A DNA stretch of 64,000 bases from Chloroflexota bacterium (GTDB lineage Bacteria; Chloroflexota; UBA11872; VXOZ01), in the NCBI GenBank assembly GCA_963662335.2, contig CAXXVD010000001.1, forward strand, positions 640,001 to 704,000, written 5' to 3'. Every line of letters begins with the position of its first letter. Within the stretch, counting starts at the first letter, position 1. A model generated the notes under the pieces. It was not told the origin of the DNA and did not search any database. It saw only the letters and a program-made list of their open reading frames with translations. A program made the translations under genes and the position numbers. Shown piece by piece: positions 1 through 9,953 of the stretch.

Positions 1-2
1 TG

Positions 3-1820
3 GGCGGTATCGTGACCGCCTTCAGCTTCACCGCCGGGCACATCCAGGAGTTCTACTACGCGTTTGCCGCGGTCGCGCTCTTCTGCGTGTTCCTGGCGTT
101 CGCGCCCCCGGCCGAGCAGTCGTCGCGCTGGTGGCCGCTGCTGGTGCCGGCGCTCTTCCTCCTCATTGGCGGCATCCTGAGCGCGGCGCAACTCCTGCCC
201 ACGCTGGAAGCCATAGCGCACTCCCAAGCGAGCGCCGCGCCAGTGCCGCCGGAACCGGCGGCGGCCGTGAACCGGCATGAGGTCGCGCTCGCGCTGCTGC
301 CGCGCTACTGGGCCGCGCCCGGCGTCGCGATGGCCGGCTACATCGGCGTGGGCGGCGCGTTGCTCGCCTTCTTTGGCGCCGTGCAGATTGCGCGGCAGCG
401 TTGGGCGGCGTTCTTCCTGCTGCTGGCCGTGTTCGGCTTCATCCTGGCCTTGGGCGCGGAAACGCCGTTCTTCGCGTTGCCGCACGCGATCATGCCGGGC
501 GCCGCGGCTTTCGACGCGGCCGGGCCGTGGCTGCTCCTCGTCAACTTCGGCCTGGCGGCGCTGGCGGCGCTGGGCGCGGACCGGCTGCGGGACGACCTGC
601 CGCCGGTGGAACGGCGCCGGCTTTCGCTGGCGCTCCTCTGCGGCACGGTGGCGACTCTGCTCCTCCTGCTCGCCCTCATGGGCCGCACGTACCTCGCCGG
701 TTCGGAGCAGTCGTTGCCGGAGCCCGCCGTGGTGCTGCTGTGGAGCATTGTCGGCGTCATCGTCTACGCCGCGATTCTGCTGGTGCTCAACCACGGCATG
801 GCCAACGTCTGGGCGTTTCTGCTGGTGGGCGGGATTGTCGTCGTCGAACTCTTCTTTGCCTCCCGGCCGTTGGCGCTCAACCAAGCCATGCCGCCGGAGA
901 TCTACGCGCCCGCGGCCACCACGCGCCAACTCTCCCAACACTGGGGTAACGCGCGCTACGCCAGCATTGCCGCGGAGCGCTTTCCGTTAGAGAATGAAGC
1001 GGCGCGCGCGCAAACGCTCAGGGAGTCGCTGCCGGACGCCTGGGCGCGGCGCGCCATGGCGTATGCCAAGTACGACGAAGAGCTGCGCCCCAATCGCAAT
1101 CTGGCCGTGGGACTGGCCAGCGCCGGCGGCTACGACGGCGTCACGTTGCCCAGCCGCGACTACGCCGCCCTGCGCGCGGTCCTGCTCGGCGAGGCGGCGC
1201 TGCCGGCGCACGCCGGCTTGTCGGGCCTGGAGCCCGCGGCGCTGGACGCCGCGCTGTGGGGACTGCTCAACGTGCGCTACCTCGTGGCCGACCACGAACA
1301 ATCCGCGCCGGGGCCGGGCTGGGAACTGATCGGCCAGGCGCGGCCGGAAGGCCCGTTGCTCTACGAAAATACCGCCGCCTTGCCGCGCGCGTTCATCGTC
1401 TACGAGACGGTGGTGGACGCCGACCCCATGCGGCTGCGCACGATCGACGTGGCGCGCCAGGCGCTGGTGGCGCGGCCCATACCGGAACTCGTCGGCGCTA
1501 CCGGCGGCCCCATGGCCGCCACCATCGTCTCGGAGTCCGCGCTGCGCGTGGCAATCCAAGCCGCTACCCCGCGGCCGGGCCTGCTGGTGCTCGCCGACGC
1601 CTACTACCCCGGTTGGACGGCAACCGTCAACGGGGCGCCGGCAGAGGTGTACCGCGTGAACGCGGCCCTGCGCGGCGTGCTGCTGCCCGCGGGCGAGCAT
1701 ACCGTGGTCTTCCAGTACACGTCGCGCTGGTTTCAAATCGGCGCGATTACCAGTGTGATTGGTTGGCTGCTGGCGCTGATACTCTTCGTGCCGCGCGTCA
1801 TGCGCCGCAGAAGCCGGTGA
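3..1820 (+). CDS. YfhO-family multi-TM membrane protein (GT-C-like glycosyltransferase), 5'-truncated by window edge
   Basis: Frame open from base 3; many TM segments; C-terminal LVLADAYYPGWTATVNG...RVNAALRGVLLPAGEHTVVFQY typical of YfhO proteins. Confidence 0.8.
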   Translation, partial: GGIVTAFSFTAGHIQEFYYAFAAVALFCVFLAFAPPAEQSSRWWPLLVPALFLLIGGILSAAQLLPTLEAIAHSQASAAPVPPEPAAAVNRHEVALALLPRYWAAPGVAMAGYIGVGGALLAFFGAVQIARQRWAAFFLLLAVFGFILALGAETPFFALPHAIMPGAAAFDAAGPWLLLVNFGLAALAALGADRLRDDLPPVERRRLSLALLCGTVATLLLLLALMGRTYLAGSEQSLPEPAVVLLWSIVGVIVYAAILLVLNHGMANVWAFLLVGGIVVVELFFASRPLALNQAMPPEIYAPAATTRQLSQHWGNARYASIAAERFPLENEAARAQTLRESLPDAWARRAMAYAKYDEELRPNRNLAVGLASAGGYDGVTLPSRDYAALRAVLLGEAALPAHAGLSGLEPAALDAALWGLLNVRYLVADHEQSAPGPGWELIGQARPEGPLLYENTAALPRAFIVYETVVDADPMRLRTIDVARQALVARPIPELVGATGGPMAATIVSESALRVAIQAATPRPGLLVLADAYYPGWTATVNGAPAEVYRVNAALRGVLLPAGEHTVVFQYTSRWFQIGAITSVIGWLLALILFVPRVMRRRSR

Positions 1821-1879
1821 CGGAGGGCGCCGACGGTCGCATCAGCCGCAAAGTCGCCGACGGCGCCAAACCTCCGAGC

Positions 1880-2018
1880 GAGACTTTTGCACAACCCCTT
1901 CCCTTCGAGGAAGAAGGTTGGGATGGGGGTGAAATGTCTCAACATCCCATCATCTCTAGCTGAACAAGTGCTCTGGATTCCGGCTTTCGCCAGAATGACA
2001 GAGTTATGCAAGGGTCTC
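1880..2018. mobile_element. Putative MITE with imperfect terminal inverted repeats, containing internal REP hairpins
   Basis: Left GAGACTTTTGCACAAC vs reverse complement of right end GAGACCCTTGCATAAC; encloses CCCCTTCCC..GGGATGGGGGTG and GGATTCCGGCTTTCGCCAGAATGAC palindromes. Confidence 0.55.
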
Positions 2019-2071
2019 CAAGCGGTGACACCGGCGCTGACAATTCATGCCCTCCGCCATCAGATCCTCCG

Positions 2072-3121
2072 TCACGTCCTCGTTATCAGTCTTGCCTCTC
2101 TATCGCCAAGCGGCAAGTCCACCCGCGCGCAGCCGCGCCGGTACGACTCGCGCATGGCGAGCGCAATCTCCAGGGCCGCATAGCCGTCAGCGCCGTTGCA
2201 GTCCGGCTCTTTATTGCTTTCCAGGCACGCAATCATATCGGCCACCGCGCCGGCGGTGGGACTGGGCAGCCGCTGTGGGCGCGGAAACGCCTCGCGTACC
2301 GGGCGGTCGCTCTTGCCGCTGCCGCCGCGCCGCCAGAGTTCGAACTCCCGGCCGCCGTCCAGCGCCCGGATGCGCCCGCGCGCGCCAATGACGTCCCATT
2401 CCTGCACCGCCGCGCCCGTGCCCATCATGCGCAGGTACCCGCGCACACCGTTTTCAAACGCGACGTAGGCGTTGCCGCCGTAGCGGTCCCGGTCGTCGTT
2501 GTGCGCCGCCGCGTCTCCTATCTCGCCCACCAGCCAGTCCACCGGCGCGTCACCGGCAAAGAAGCGCAACAGATCTACCCAGTGGCTGCCGTCGTGGGAG
2601 AGGGAGGAGCCGCAGTAGCCGGTGACTTGCAGCACGTCGCCAATTTCACCAGCATCGATCAGTTGCCTTGCCGCGCGGTAGAGGGGATGCCAGCGGCGCA
2701 GGCAGCCTACGCCCAGCTTTGCGCCGTATTCTCGGCAGGCCGCCAGCATCATCTGCGCCTCGCCCAGCGACCACGCCAGCGGCTTTTCCGCGAAGATCAC
2801 CTTTACGCCCGCCGCCGCGCAGGCGGCGACCACCGCCGGCCGTTCCTCAGTGCGGGTGCAGACGCTCACGATGTCCAATTGTTCGCGCTCTAGCAGGGCT
2901 TCATGCCTTTCATACATGCGCGCCACGCCCCAGCGCTCCTGGTAGGCCGCGCGTCTCTGCGGGTCCACGTCGGCGGCGGCAACCACGTGCGCGCGCGGCT
3001 CCTCCATATAGGCGGCCGTGTGCGCAAACGGCAGGATGACGCTGGAATTGCCTTGCACTTCGTCGTCAATCGTGCTGCCGATGCGGCCGCAGCCGATGAC
3101 CCCTACGCGATACGTTGCCAC
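2072..3121 (-). CDS. Gfo/Idh/MocA family oxidoreductase
   Basis: GTG start after GGGAGAG; YRVGVIGCGRIG Rossmann motif, AEKPLA, HDGSHWVD. Confidence 0.9.
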   Translation of the reverse strand: MATYRVGVIGCGRIGSTIDDEVQGNSSVILPFAHTAAYMEEPRAHVVAAADVDPQRRAAYQERWGVARMYERHEALLEREQLDIVSVCTRTEERPAVVAACAAAGVKVIFAEKPLAWSLGEAQMMLAACREYGAKLGVGCLRRWHPLYRAARQLIDAGEIGDVLQVTGYCGSSLSHDGSHWVDLLRFFAGDAPVDWLVGEIGDAAAHNDDRDRYGGNAYVAFENGVRGYLRMMGTGAAVQEWDVIGARGRIRALDGGREFELWRRGGSGKSDRPVREAFPRPQRLPSPTAGAVADMIACLESNKEPDCNGADGYAALEIALAMRESYRRGCARVDLPLGDREARLITRT

Positions 3122-3232
3122 GATATGCGCTCTCCCGTGTGCGCGCCGCGCGCCTTGCGCAACGGCTGAAATCCGGCCGTGCCGGGGGCGGTGCGCCGCG
3201 GCTGCCCTCGGCCTATTGCATAGAGTAAAGAA

Positions 3233-3268
3233 CAAGAAGCCAGCTAGTCTATCCTAGCTGGCTTCTTG
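3233..3268 (-). terminator. Rho-independent terminator downstream of solute-binding protein gene
   Basis: Perfect 15-bp stem CAAGAAGCCAGCTAG / CTAGCTGGCTTCTTG, 6-nt loop, followed by TTCTTT on the minus strand. Confidence 0.8.
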
Positions 3269-3358
3269 CCAATCTTCCAGGCTTTGGGTTGACAGAGCGC
3301 CGTTAAACAGCGCTCTTGGCATTGGCGCAAGGCGTGCGCGGAAGAACCTCAGCCGTCA

Positions 3359-4747
3359 TTAGCCGCCCATGCGCGCGATGTCGGCCTCGAGCTGCACCTG
3401 GGCAATATCCTGCACGACCTTCATGCCCTCTTCCGCGGTCAACTCGCCGCGCCACACCTTGTGGAAACCTTCGCTGAAGAGTTCGCCCTGGAAACCGCGG
3501 TAACCGGACGGCAGGCCGGGGTAGCGGCCGCCGTTGGGCAATTCCGCCGCAAACGTGGCGTAGTCCGGGTCGTTGGCGATAAGGCCCTGATAGCCCTCGT
3601 GGTCCAGCACGGACTTGCTGACCGGCAGGTTGGTGCCGCCGGAAGCCCGGATGACGAAGACCTGGGCGTCAGCCGACACGGCGTACTGGGCAAACCGCAG
3701 CGACGCGTCCAGGATGTCGGCGTTTGCCTGCACGAACACGGCGATATTCTGGCCGCCGTTGGGCGCGTGGCGCTTGGTCTGCACCGGCGTGTGGATTGCC
3801 TTGAAGACGTCGCCGCGCTGGCGCAGCGTGGGCAGGCGGTAGGGGCCCTGGGACTCGAACACCGTCTTGCCGTCGTGGAACAACTCGCCGCCCCACTCGT
3901 CCTTATACGGCGCGAGTTGGTAGGCGTTCATCCAGTCGCTGATCATCTGCGTGGCCCAGATCGCCGCGTCGGAATCGAAGTTCCAGCGGGTCTGCTCCTC
4001 GTTCAGCCACTTGAAGCCGGCGCTGCCGGCCACCTGGTCCCAGCGGGTGATGCTGCGCGGGTGGTAGTCCCAACCCCACACCTCTGGCGGACTGGCCGCT
4101 TTCTGGGCCATTTCCAGCATGTCTTCCCAGGTCCAGCCCTCTTCCGGATCGCTAACGCCGGCCGTGCTCAGCAGGTCCGGGTTGTAGATCATGATGTTGT
4201 TGTTCGTATTGATCGGAAGGCCGGTGAGCTTGCCCTGCCAGGTGGTGCTTTCGGTCATGGGCTCGAAGTAGTCGGCGCGCTGCTCGGCCCAACTGGGGAA
4301 GCGCTTCAACTCTTCCTCATGGTCCACCGTCACGCCGGCGGCAAAGAAGTTGGTGCTGTCCGGCCACGCGTGCCAGTGCACGCCCGGCGGCACGCCGCCC
4401 GCGGCTGCGGTCTTGGCCTCGTCGGTGCCCTTGCCGGGCACGATCTCGACGAGGATGTTGTCCTCGTTCTCGGAGTTGTACTTGACAACCATGTCCGAAA
4501 GGCCCTGCACCTGCGGGTGCAGGCCGGCGGAGCCAAAACCGATGTACGACCAGAACGAAATGATGGTGCGCCCATCGGTCATGCTCATCGACTCTTCGGC
4601 TTGCGGCGCTTCTTCTTCGGCCGGCGCGTCCGCCGGCGCGGTGGCCGGGGCTACGCCCTGCCCGCACGCGGCCAGCACGGCCGAGCCAAAGCCGGCTACG
4701 GCGCTGCCATACAGAAACTTGCGTCGACTTATCCGCTGCACGTGCAT
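3359..4747 (-). CDS. ABC transporter sugar-family extracellular solute-binding lipoprotein (Tat)
   Basis: SRRKFL twin-arginine, LAAC lipobox, Ala/Glu/Pro linker, YNPDLL..AGV..P..GWTWEDM motif. Confidence 0.9.
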   Translation of the reverse strand: MHVQRISRRKFLYGSAVAGFGSAVLAACGQGVAPATAPADAPAEEEAPQAEESMSMTDGRTIISFWSYIGFGSAGLHPQVQGLSDMVVKYNSENEDNILVEIVPGKGTDEAKTAAAGGVPPGVHWHAWPDSTNFFAAGVTVDHEEELKRFPSWAEQRADYFEPMTESTTWQGKLTGLPINTNNNIMIYNPDLLSTAGVSDPEEGWTWEDMLEMAQKAASPPEVWGWDYHPRSITRWDQVAGSAGFKWLNEEQTRWNFDSDAAIWATQMISDWMNAYQLAPYKDEWGGELFHDGKTVFESQGPYRLPTLRQRGDVFKAIHTPVQTKRHAPNGGQNIAVFVQANADILDASLRFAQYAVSADAQVFVIRASGGTNLPVSKSVLDHEGYQGLIANDPDYATFAAELPNGGRYPGLPSGYRGFQGELFSEGFHKVWRGELTAEEGMKVVQDIAQVQLEADIARMGG

Positions 4748-4852
4748 TTCCTCCTTCGCACGTTACACAACAAATCGGGAGCGGCGCCGCATTCCGTTTC
4801 CACTCTATACCGGTCTTGCGCGACACCGCTCCGGAACGACTATCCAACTCTA

Positions 4853-4881
4853 ATTCTAGGCGCGGGAGTGTCCTCAGTCAA
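4853..4881 (-). promoter_or_regulatory. sigma70-type promoter for the solute-binding protein
   Basis: TTGACT-17 bp-TAGAAT on minus strand. Confidence 0.6.
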
Positions 4882-4930
4882 CCGCAGCGGTAGAATCATA
4901 GATACGGGCGTGACAGAGAGAGGACTTCAG

Positions 4931-5353
4931 ATGAGAGACACGGGCACGCAACAGGCGCAAGACAGGGGACTTCCAACCCGCCCGCGAGATGAGATTGCCC
5001 GCCTGGGCGACCAGATCTACGAGCGGGACATCCGTCCGCAGGTGGAGGCGGCCCATCGCGGAGAGATCGTCTCTATCGACGTGGACACCGGCAGTTGGGC
5101 CCTTGGCGGCAACCTCCTGGCCGCGGCGGATCGGCTGCGCGCGCAGCGGCCGGATGCCGTCAACGTGTGGTCCTTGCGGGTTGGCGTGCGGGCGGTATAC
5201 GCGTTTGGCGGCGGCTTGAGGCGGATAAATGAAACCACCCCAATGCGATTGAGGTGGTTGCGTGCCGAAAGTTATGCGAGCAACGCGCTGTCATCGCATG
5301 ACAGCGCAAGACCGGCCGGGCAAGCCATATTGACGGTGTTCGGAGGAATGTAA
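4931..5353 (+). CDS. Small hypothetical protein (DUF5678-like family usually paired with clan AA aspartic proteases)
   Basis: ATG after GAGAGGA; EIARLGDQIYERDIRPQVE...GEIVSIDVDTG...LRVG pattern. Confidence 0.6.
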   Translation: MRDTGTQQAQDRGLPTRPRDEIARLGDQIYERDIRPQVEAAHRGEIVSIDVDTGSWALGGNLLAAADRLRAQRPDAVNVWSLRVGVRAVYAFGGGLRRINETTPMRLRWLRAESYASNALSSHDSARPAGQAILTVFGGM

Positions 5354-5357
5354 GCCT

Positions 5358-5576
5358 CTAGCCGCCCATGGATTTGCGCACTTTGGCCTCGCGCCGGCGT
5401 TGGCGGCGTATCGCCCGCTGGAGCGCCAAGCGTTCTTTCTCCGCTTTCGAGCGGTAGAATCGCCGCAACCGGACTTCTCGCATCACGCCGGAACGGTTTA
5501 CCGACGAGCGAAATCGCTGCAAGAAGCTCTCGAAGCTTTCACCGTCGCGCAAGGTCACTGCTGACAAATCACCCAC
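5358..5576 (-). CDS. rpsU: 30S ribosomal protein S21 (true start may be TTG at 5567)
   Basis: VTLRDGESFESFLQRFRSSVNRSGVMREVRLRRFY, basic C-terminus. Confidence 0.85.
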   Translation of the reverse strand: MGDLSAVTLRDGESFESFLQRFRSSVNRSGVMREVRLRRFYRSKAEKERLALQRAIRRQRRREAKVRKSMGG

Positions 5577-5719
5577 ACTCCTTCTGTTTTCGCGTTTCTA
5601 CAGGCCCGAGCCGCGCGCTTGCGCGCCCGGCTACCTAGAATACCATACATCACGCTGCGCAACAATCCAAGAATCACGCGCAGTAAGAATCGCGCGCAAG
5701 CAGACCGCGCCGCCCGCTC

Positions 5720-5834
5720 TGTCATTCTGAGGAGCGCAGCGACGAAGAATCTAGCGCGGGAGCACGTAGATTCCTCGCTGCGCTCGGAATGACAGAGAAC
5801 TTCGGAATGACGAGGAACATCATGACGAAGAACA
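5720..5834. repeat. TGTCATTC-family REP doublet with decaying 18-bp tail duplications
   Basis: TGTCATTCTGAGGAGCGCAGCGACGAAGAATCT..AGATTCCTCGCTGCGCTCGGAATGACA; relatives at 10984, 17403, 30096, 60765. Confidence 0.85.
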
Positions 5835-5882
5835 TTAGACTGGGCGTGCACACCAATCGCGTCTTGGCGCCACGACTTGCGG

Positions 5883-6854
5883 TCACGCGGCCCCGCCGCC
5901 GCGCTCGCTTGCCAGATCGCTCTCCACCATCATCTTGACCAGCCCCGCAAAGTCCACGTCCGGCTGCCAGCCCAACTTCTCCCGCGCTTTGGCGCTGTCG
6001 GCGACCAGCAGATTCACCTCGGCCGGCCGCAGGAAGCGCGGGTCCGTGCGCACGTAGTCGCGCCAGTCCAGGTCCACCAACCCGAACGCCGCGGCGCACA
6101 ACACTTCGATGGAATGCGTCTCGCCGGTGCCGATCACGTAGTCGTCCGGCTCGTCTTGTTGCAGCATCAGGTGCATCGCGCGCACGTAGTCGCCGGCGTA
6201 GCCCCAGTCGCGCTTGGGGGTCAAGTCGCCCATGAGCAGTTCGGTTTGCTTGCCCAGTTTGATTCGCGCGACCGCATTCGTGGTCTTGCGCGTCACGAAC
6301 TCCAGACCCCGGCGCGGCGATTCATGGTTGAAGAGTATCCCCGAGCACGCGAACATGTCGTAGCTTTCGCGGTAGTTCACCGTGGTGTAGTGCCCGTAGG
6401 CCTTGGCCGAGCCGTAGGGGCTGCGCGGGTGAAACGGCGTGGATTCGCGCTGCGGCACTTCCCGCACCTTGCCGAACATCTCGCTGCTGGACGCCTGGTA
6501 GAAGCGGATGTCCCGGTTCACGATGCGAATGGCCTCCAGCAGCCGGGTCACGCCCAGGCCCGTGATTTCGCTGGTGAGCACCGGCTGCCGCCACGAGACC
6601 GGCACGAAGCTAATCGCGCCCAGGTTGTAGACCTCGTCCGGCTGGGTGATCTCCACGGCGGCGATGAGCGAACTCTGGTCCAGCAAATCGCCCTCTATCA
6701 ATTCGAGATTCGGAATGAGCCGCTGCACGGCCTCGGCTTTGGGGTTGTTCTGCCCCCGAATCAGGCCGTGCACCTTGTAGCCCAGGCCGATTAGGTACTC
6801 GGCGAGATACGTGCCGTCCTGGCCGGTGATGCCGGTGATGAGGGCTGTTTTCAC
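5883..6854 (-). CDS. gmd: GDP-mannose 4,6-dehydratase
   Basis: GTG start after AAGGA; [49 protein letters not shown]. Confidence 0.95.
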   Translation of the reverse strand: MKTALITGITGQDGTYLAEYLIGLGYKVHGLIRGQNNPKAEAVQRLIPNLELIEGDLLDQSSLIAAVEITQPDEVYNLGAISFVPVSWRQPVLTSEITGLGVTRLLEAIRIVNRDIRFYQASSSEMFGKVREVPQRESTPFHPRSPYGSAKAYGHYTTVNYRESYDMFACSGILFNHESPRRGLEFVTRKTTNAVARIKLGKQTELLMGDLTPKRDWGYAGDYVRAMHLMLQQDEPDDYVIGTGETHSIEVLCAAAFGLVDLDWRDYVRTDPRFLRPAEVNLLVADSAKAREKLGWQPDVDFAGLVKMMVESDLASERGGGAA

Positions 6855-6995
6855 GGCTGTTCCTTGCGCAATCGCGGCGCGCGGGTCTAGGGCATGTATT
6901 GAGGGAATTGCGAAAGTGGAAGGCCGCGCTCGGCGGCCGCCTACTAATGCTATCATATTGTGGCGGGCGCGTGCACGGGACGCGAGGAGAACACC

Positions 6996-7250
6996 ATGCC
7001 GGAAGAGCGGGAGCCACTGTCGTATAAGACCGAGACCGCGCGGGGCGTACGCGCGCTGGCGTTTCCCGACGAAATTGTGGCCCAGGGACGCGGCGTGCCC
7101 CGCACCGTCCGCTGCTACGCCGTGACCGACGAGGTGCGCATGGTGCGCATCGAGTCCCGCCGCGCCGGCGGCCTGCGCTTCACCGTGCTCGACGAGTATA
7201 ACCAGCCGCTGAACGACGCGCCGGTGCAATGGGAAATAATCTGGCGCTAG
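6996..7250 (+). CDS. Hypothetical protein (84 aa)
   Basis: GAGGAG RBS, ATG, host-like codon usage. Confidence 0.7.
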   Translation: MPEEREPLSYKTETARGVRALAFPDEIVAQGRGVPRTVRCYAVTDEVRMVRIESRRAGGLRFTVLDEYNQPLNDAPVQWEIIWR

Positions 7251-7269
7251 CCGCGAGGCAGTCTCCGGC

Positions 7270-7297
7270 GTAGGGGCACGATATATCGTGCCCCTAC
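7270..7297. repeat. GTAG-type REP palindrome GTAGGGGCACGA..TCGTGCCCCTAC
   Basis: 28-bp palindrome; relatives at 11149, 22844, 27798, 27944, 33328. Confidence 0.85.
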
Positions 7298-7334
7298 GCC
7301 GGACAGACGCGCCGCGTCTGCGGAGGGAACGAAC

Positions 7335-7673
7335 GTGGTAAGGAATCCTGAAGAGTGCCGCGACATGCGGGATATCCGCGCCGAGATCGACCGTATCGAC
7401 CAGGAGGTTATTCGTCTGTTCGGCCAGCGCTTCGCCTACGTGCAAGCTGCGTCACAGTTCAAGACGAGCGCAACGAGCGTGCGCGCGCCGGAGCGCTTCA
7501 AGGCCATGCTCGCGCAGCGCCGTGACTGGGCGCGGGAGGCCGGCCTCGATCCCGACGTCATCGCGGGCGTCTACCGGGACCTGGTGAACTACTTCATAGA
7601 AGAAGAGATGAAGAAGTGGCAAGCGGAATCAACGAAGGATACCGCCGCGCCCGGTTCCGCTGACCGCGCCTAA
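7335..7673 (+). CDS. Isochorismate pyruvate-lyase / AroQ chorismate mutase (PchB-like)
   Basis: [18 protein letters not shown]...[12 protein letters not shown]...[15 protein letters not shown]. Confidence 0.85.
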   Translation: MVRNPEECRDMRDIRAEIDRIDQEVIRLFGQRFAYVQAASQFKTSATSVRAPERFKAMLAQRRDWAREAGLDPDVIAGVYRDLVNYFIEEEMKKWQAESTKDTAAPGSADRA

Positions 7674-7704
7674 GCGCCTGCACCCGACCGGTGTGCTCTT
7701 CCTA

Positions 7705-7866
7705 ATCAACATGGCCCTGCTTAGGCTACCCAGTGTTATGGAGATTGGGGGCCGGCTGCCTGACCGTCATTCCCGCGAACGCGGGAATCCACTGCGTGCG
7801 CGGCGAAGATGGATTCCCGCGTTCGCGGGAATGACGCACTCAGTCGCGCTCTTTCTTGGCAATGCC
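7705..7866. repeat. Composite repeat: conserved flanks around a CGTCATTCCCGCG REP doublet
   Basis: Arms 7765-7790 and 7811-7836; homologous element at 33444-33606. Confidence 0.8.
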
Positions 7867-7886
7867 AGATCAACCCTCATCAACAA

Positions 7887-8020
7887 GCCGTAGCGCGGGG
7901 GCTTGTCCCCCGCTTCTTGGTGTCATGCTAACAGGCCGTAGCGCGGGGGCTTGTCCCCCGCTTCTTGGTGTCATGCTAACAGGCCGTAGCGCGGGGGCTT
8001 GTCCCCCGCCCCTTGGTGTC
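7887..8020. repeat. Tandem array, 48-bp unit x ~3, each with GTAGCGCGGGGGCTTGTCCCCCGC REP
   Basis: Units start at 7887, 7935, 7983; single copies at 25936, 27851, 36358, 62340. Confidence 0.9.
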
Positions 8021-8081
8021 CAGCGCAAACACCGTATTGGCCAAGGCGCATAGCGCCGTATCGTGTGCGAGGTTGCTTCCC

Positions 8082-8573
8082 GTGTCATCGCCAACAGCCG
8101 GCACGCTCCACCGGCGCATCGCGTCTAGTCTCACCGCCCGCCGCGAGACGCTCGCCTGCGTGGAGATCGGCAGCGGCGGCCGGATTTCCCAGGCCCTCAC
8201 GGCGGAGCCGGGCAGTTCCGCCTTCTTCACCGGCGCGCTCATCCTCACGCCGGATGCCGCCCTTTGGCCGCGCGCCATAACCGGGCGCGGCTGCTGGCAA
8301 GCGGAACCGCCCGGCAGTGAACCGCGCCTGTTCGGACTGGCCGCGGTGGCGCAGAAGCAGTTCGACGCGGACTGGGGCCTGGCCGTGGAGTGTGTGCCGT
8401 CCGCAACGCCGGTCGCGCTTCATCTCGCGCTGCGCAGCCCCGACTGCGGCGCTTGCTGCGAAACGGCGGCGCTGGCGGCAGATGCCGCGGAGCCGGACAG
8501 CGGACGACTGGCACAATGCGTTTTGGAGCGCCTGGCGGCGCGGCTGGAAGGCCGCGATGAGGCGCCGCCATGA
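8082..8573 (+). CDS. CinA/PncC C-terminal-like domain protein (degenerate motif)
   Basis: LTARRETLACVEIGSGGRISQALTAEPGSSAFFTGA resembles LATAESCTGG..LT..PGSS..F.GG; GTG after GAGGT. Confidence 0.6.
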   Translation: MSSPTAGTLHRRIASSLTARRETLACVEIGSGGRISQALTAEPGSSAFFTGALILTPDAALWPRAITGRGCWQAEPPGSEPRLFGLAAVAQKQFDADWGLAVECVPSATPVALHLALRSPDCGACCETAALAADAAEPDSGRLAQCVLERLAARLEGRDEAPP

Positions 8574-8830
8574 TGCGCATAACTCATGACCGCCCCGCGC
8601 TCCTGCTCCAGGTCGAACCGTACGACCTGGCCGGTGTCGACCACTATAAGCTGATGGTGGTCTGGCAGGAAGACCGCCACACCATCCACGAGGTGCACCT
8701 GCCCGCCAACACGGTGTATGCCAACCCGCACGCCGGCCAACGTGTCGTGATAACCTATCGCATGGACGAGCCCCTGCGCGTCAAACCCCTCTTGCAACCG
8801 CCTGGCGAGGAGCAACCATGCCCACCATAG
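8570..8830 (+). CDS. Hypothetical protein (86 aa), translationally coupled
   Basis: ATGA overlap with upstream gene, overlaps downstream start, host codon usage. Confidence 0.7.
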   Translation: MMRITHDRPALLLQVEPYDLAGVDHYKLMVVWQEDRHTIHEVHLPANTVYANPHAGQRVVITYRMDEPLRVKPLLQPPGEEQPCPP

Positions 8831-9948
8831 CGAACATCGAAGTATTCTCGTTCACGCTGCCGTTCAAGGGGCTGTTCCGCACCTCCAGGGGCACCGTGGG
8901 CAGCGCCGCCGCCGGCCGGCCAATTGTGCTCACAAAACTCACCGCCAGCGACGGCACGGTCGGCTGGGGCGAGGGTTCGCCCTCCCACACCTGGTCGCCG
9001 GAGACCCGTGAATCCGTGGTGAGCGCGCTCCAGGACCACTTCATTCCCGCCGTAATCGGCACGCCGCTGGCGGATTTCGACGGCCTGCACGCGGCGATGA
9101 ATGGGGCTATCGCCCCGCTCTGGGGACTGAGCATGCCGATTGCCCGCGCCGCGATCGACGTGGCCGCCCACGACGCCCTGGCCCGGCGCTACGGCGTGCC
9201 GCTCACCGACCTGCTCGGCCACCGGCGGGCGGACCGGGTGCGCCTGAGTTGGACCGTAACCGGCGGCACGCCTGAGGAAGTGGCGGACAGCCTGCGCGAG
9301 GCGGCGGAGCGCGGCTACACCAGTTGCAACGTGAAAGTCGGCGGCGCTATGGATTGGGACGTGCAACTCTGCGGGCTGGTGCGGCGCGCTTTCCCGGACG
9401 GCTTTCTCTGGGCCGACGCCAACGGCGGCTTTCCGCCCCACGAGGCGCGGCAGCGCATGCATGCGTTGGCCGACGCCGGCGTGGCCCTGCTGGAGCAACC
9501 GGTCGCGCCGGACCGGCCCGACGTGGCGGCGCGGCTGGCGGCGGAATCTCCCATCCCGGTGGCGCAGGATGAGGCTATTTCCGGCCCGGTGCCCTTGCTC
9601 ACCCTCATCAAGCAGGAGGCGCTGACGGCGTATACGTACAAGGTCACGCGCACCGGGGGCCTCTGGCCGGCCCATCTCTGCGCCGCGCTCGCCGACACCG
9701 CCGGCCTGATGCCGGTCATGAGCGGCCTGACCGAGTGCAGCGTGGCCTTTGCCGCCAGCGTGCACCTGGCCGCCGCCTGGGGCATCGCGCATCCCTGCGC
9801 GCTGAACGGCCCGCAGTTCCTGACCGACGACATCGCGGCAAAGACACTGCCCCGCGAGGGCGACACTGTGCTCGTTACGGACGCGCCGGGACTAGGCATC
9901 GAGGTGGACGAAGACAAGGTGCGTCATCTGGCCGCTCAGGAGGCGTGA
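8818..9948 (+). CDS. Enolase superfamily, muconate-lactonizing/mandelate racemase-type enzyme
   Basis: GWGE, AAIDVAAHD, DANGG, LEQP, QDEA, YKVTRTGG, PGLGIEVD. Confidence 0.9.
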   Translation: MPTIANIEVFSFTLPFKGLFRTSRGTVGSAAAGRPIVLTKLTASDGTVGWGEGSPSHTWSPETRESVVSALQDHFIPAVIGTPLADFDGLHAAMNGAIAPLWGLSMPIARAAIDVAAHDALARRYGVPLTDLLGHRRADRVRLSWTVTGGTPEEVADSLREAAERGYTSCNVKVGGAMDWDVQLCGLVRRAFPDGFLWADANGGFPPHEARQRMHALADAGVALLEQPVAPDRPDVAARLAAESPIPVAQDEAISGPVPLLTLIKQEALTAYTYKVTRTGGLWPAHLCAALADTAGLMPVMSGLTECSVAFAASVHLAAAWGIAHPCALNGPQFLTDDIAAKTLPREGDTVLVTDAPGLGIEVDEDKVRHLAAQEA

Positions 9949-9953
9949 CCGCT

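Noticed and set aside
7887-8020. Possible CRISPR array (palindromic repeat x3)
   Set aside because: The inter-repeat sequences are identical, the repeat is a dispersed REP and no cas genes are present
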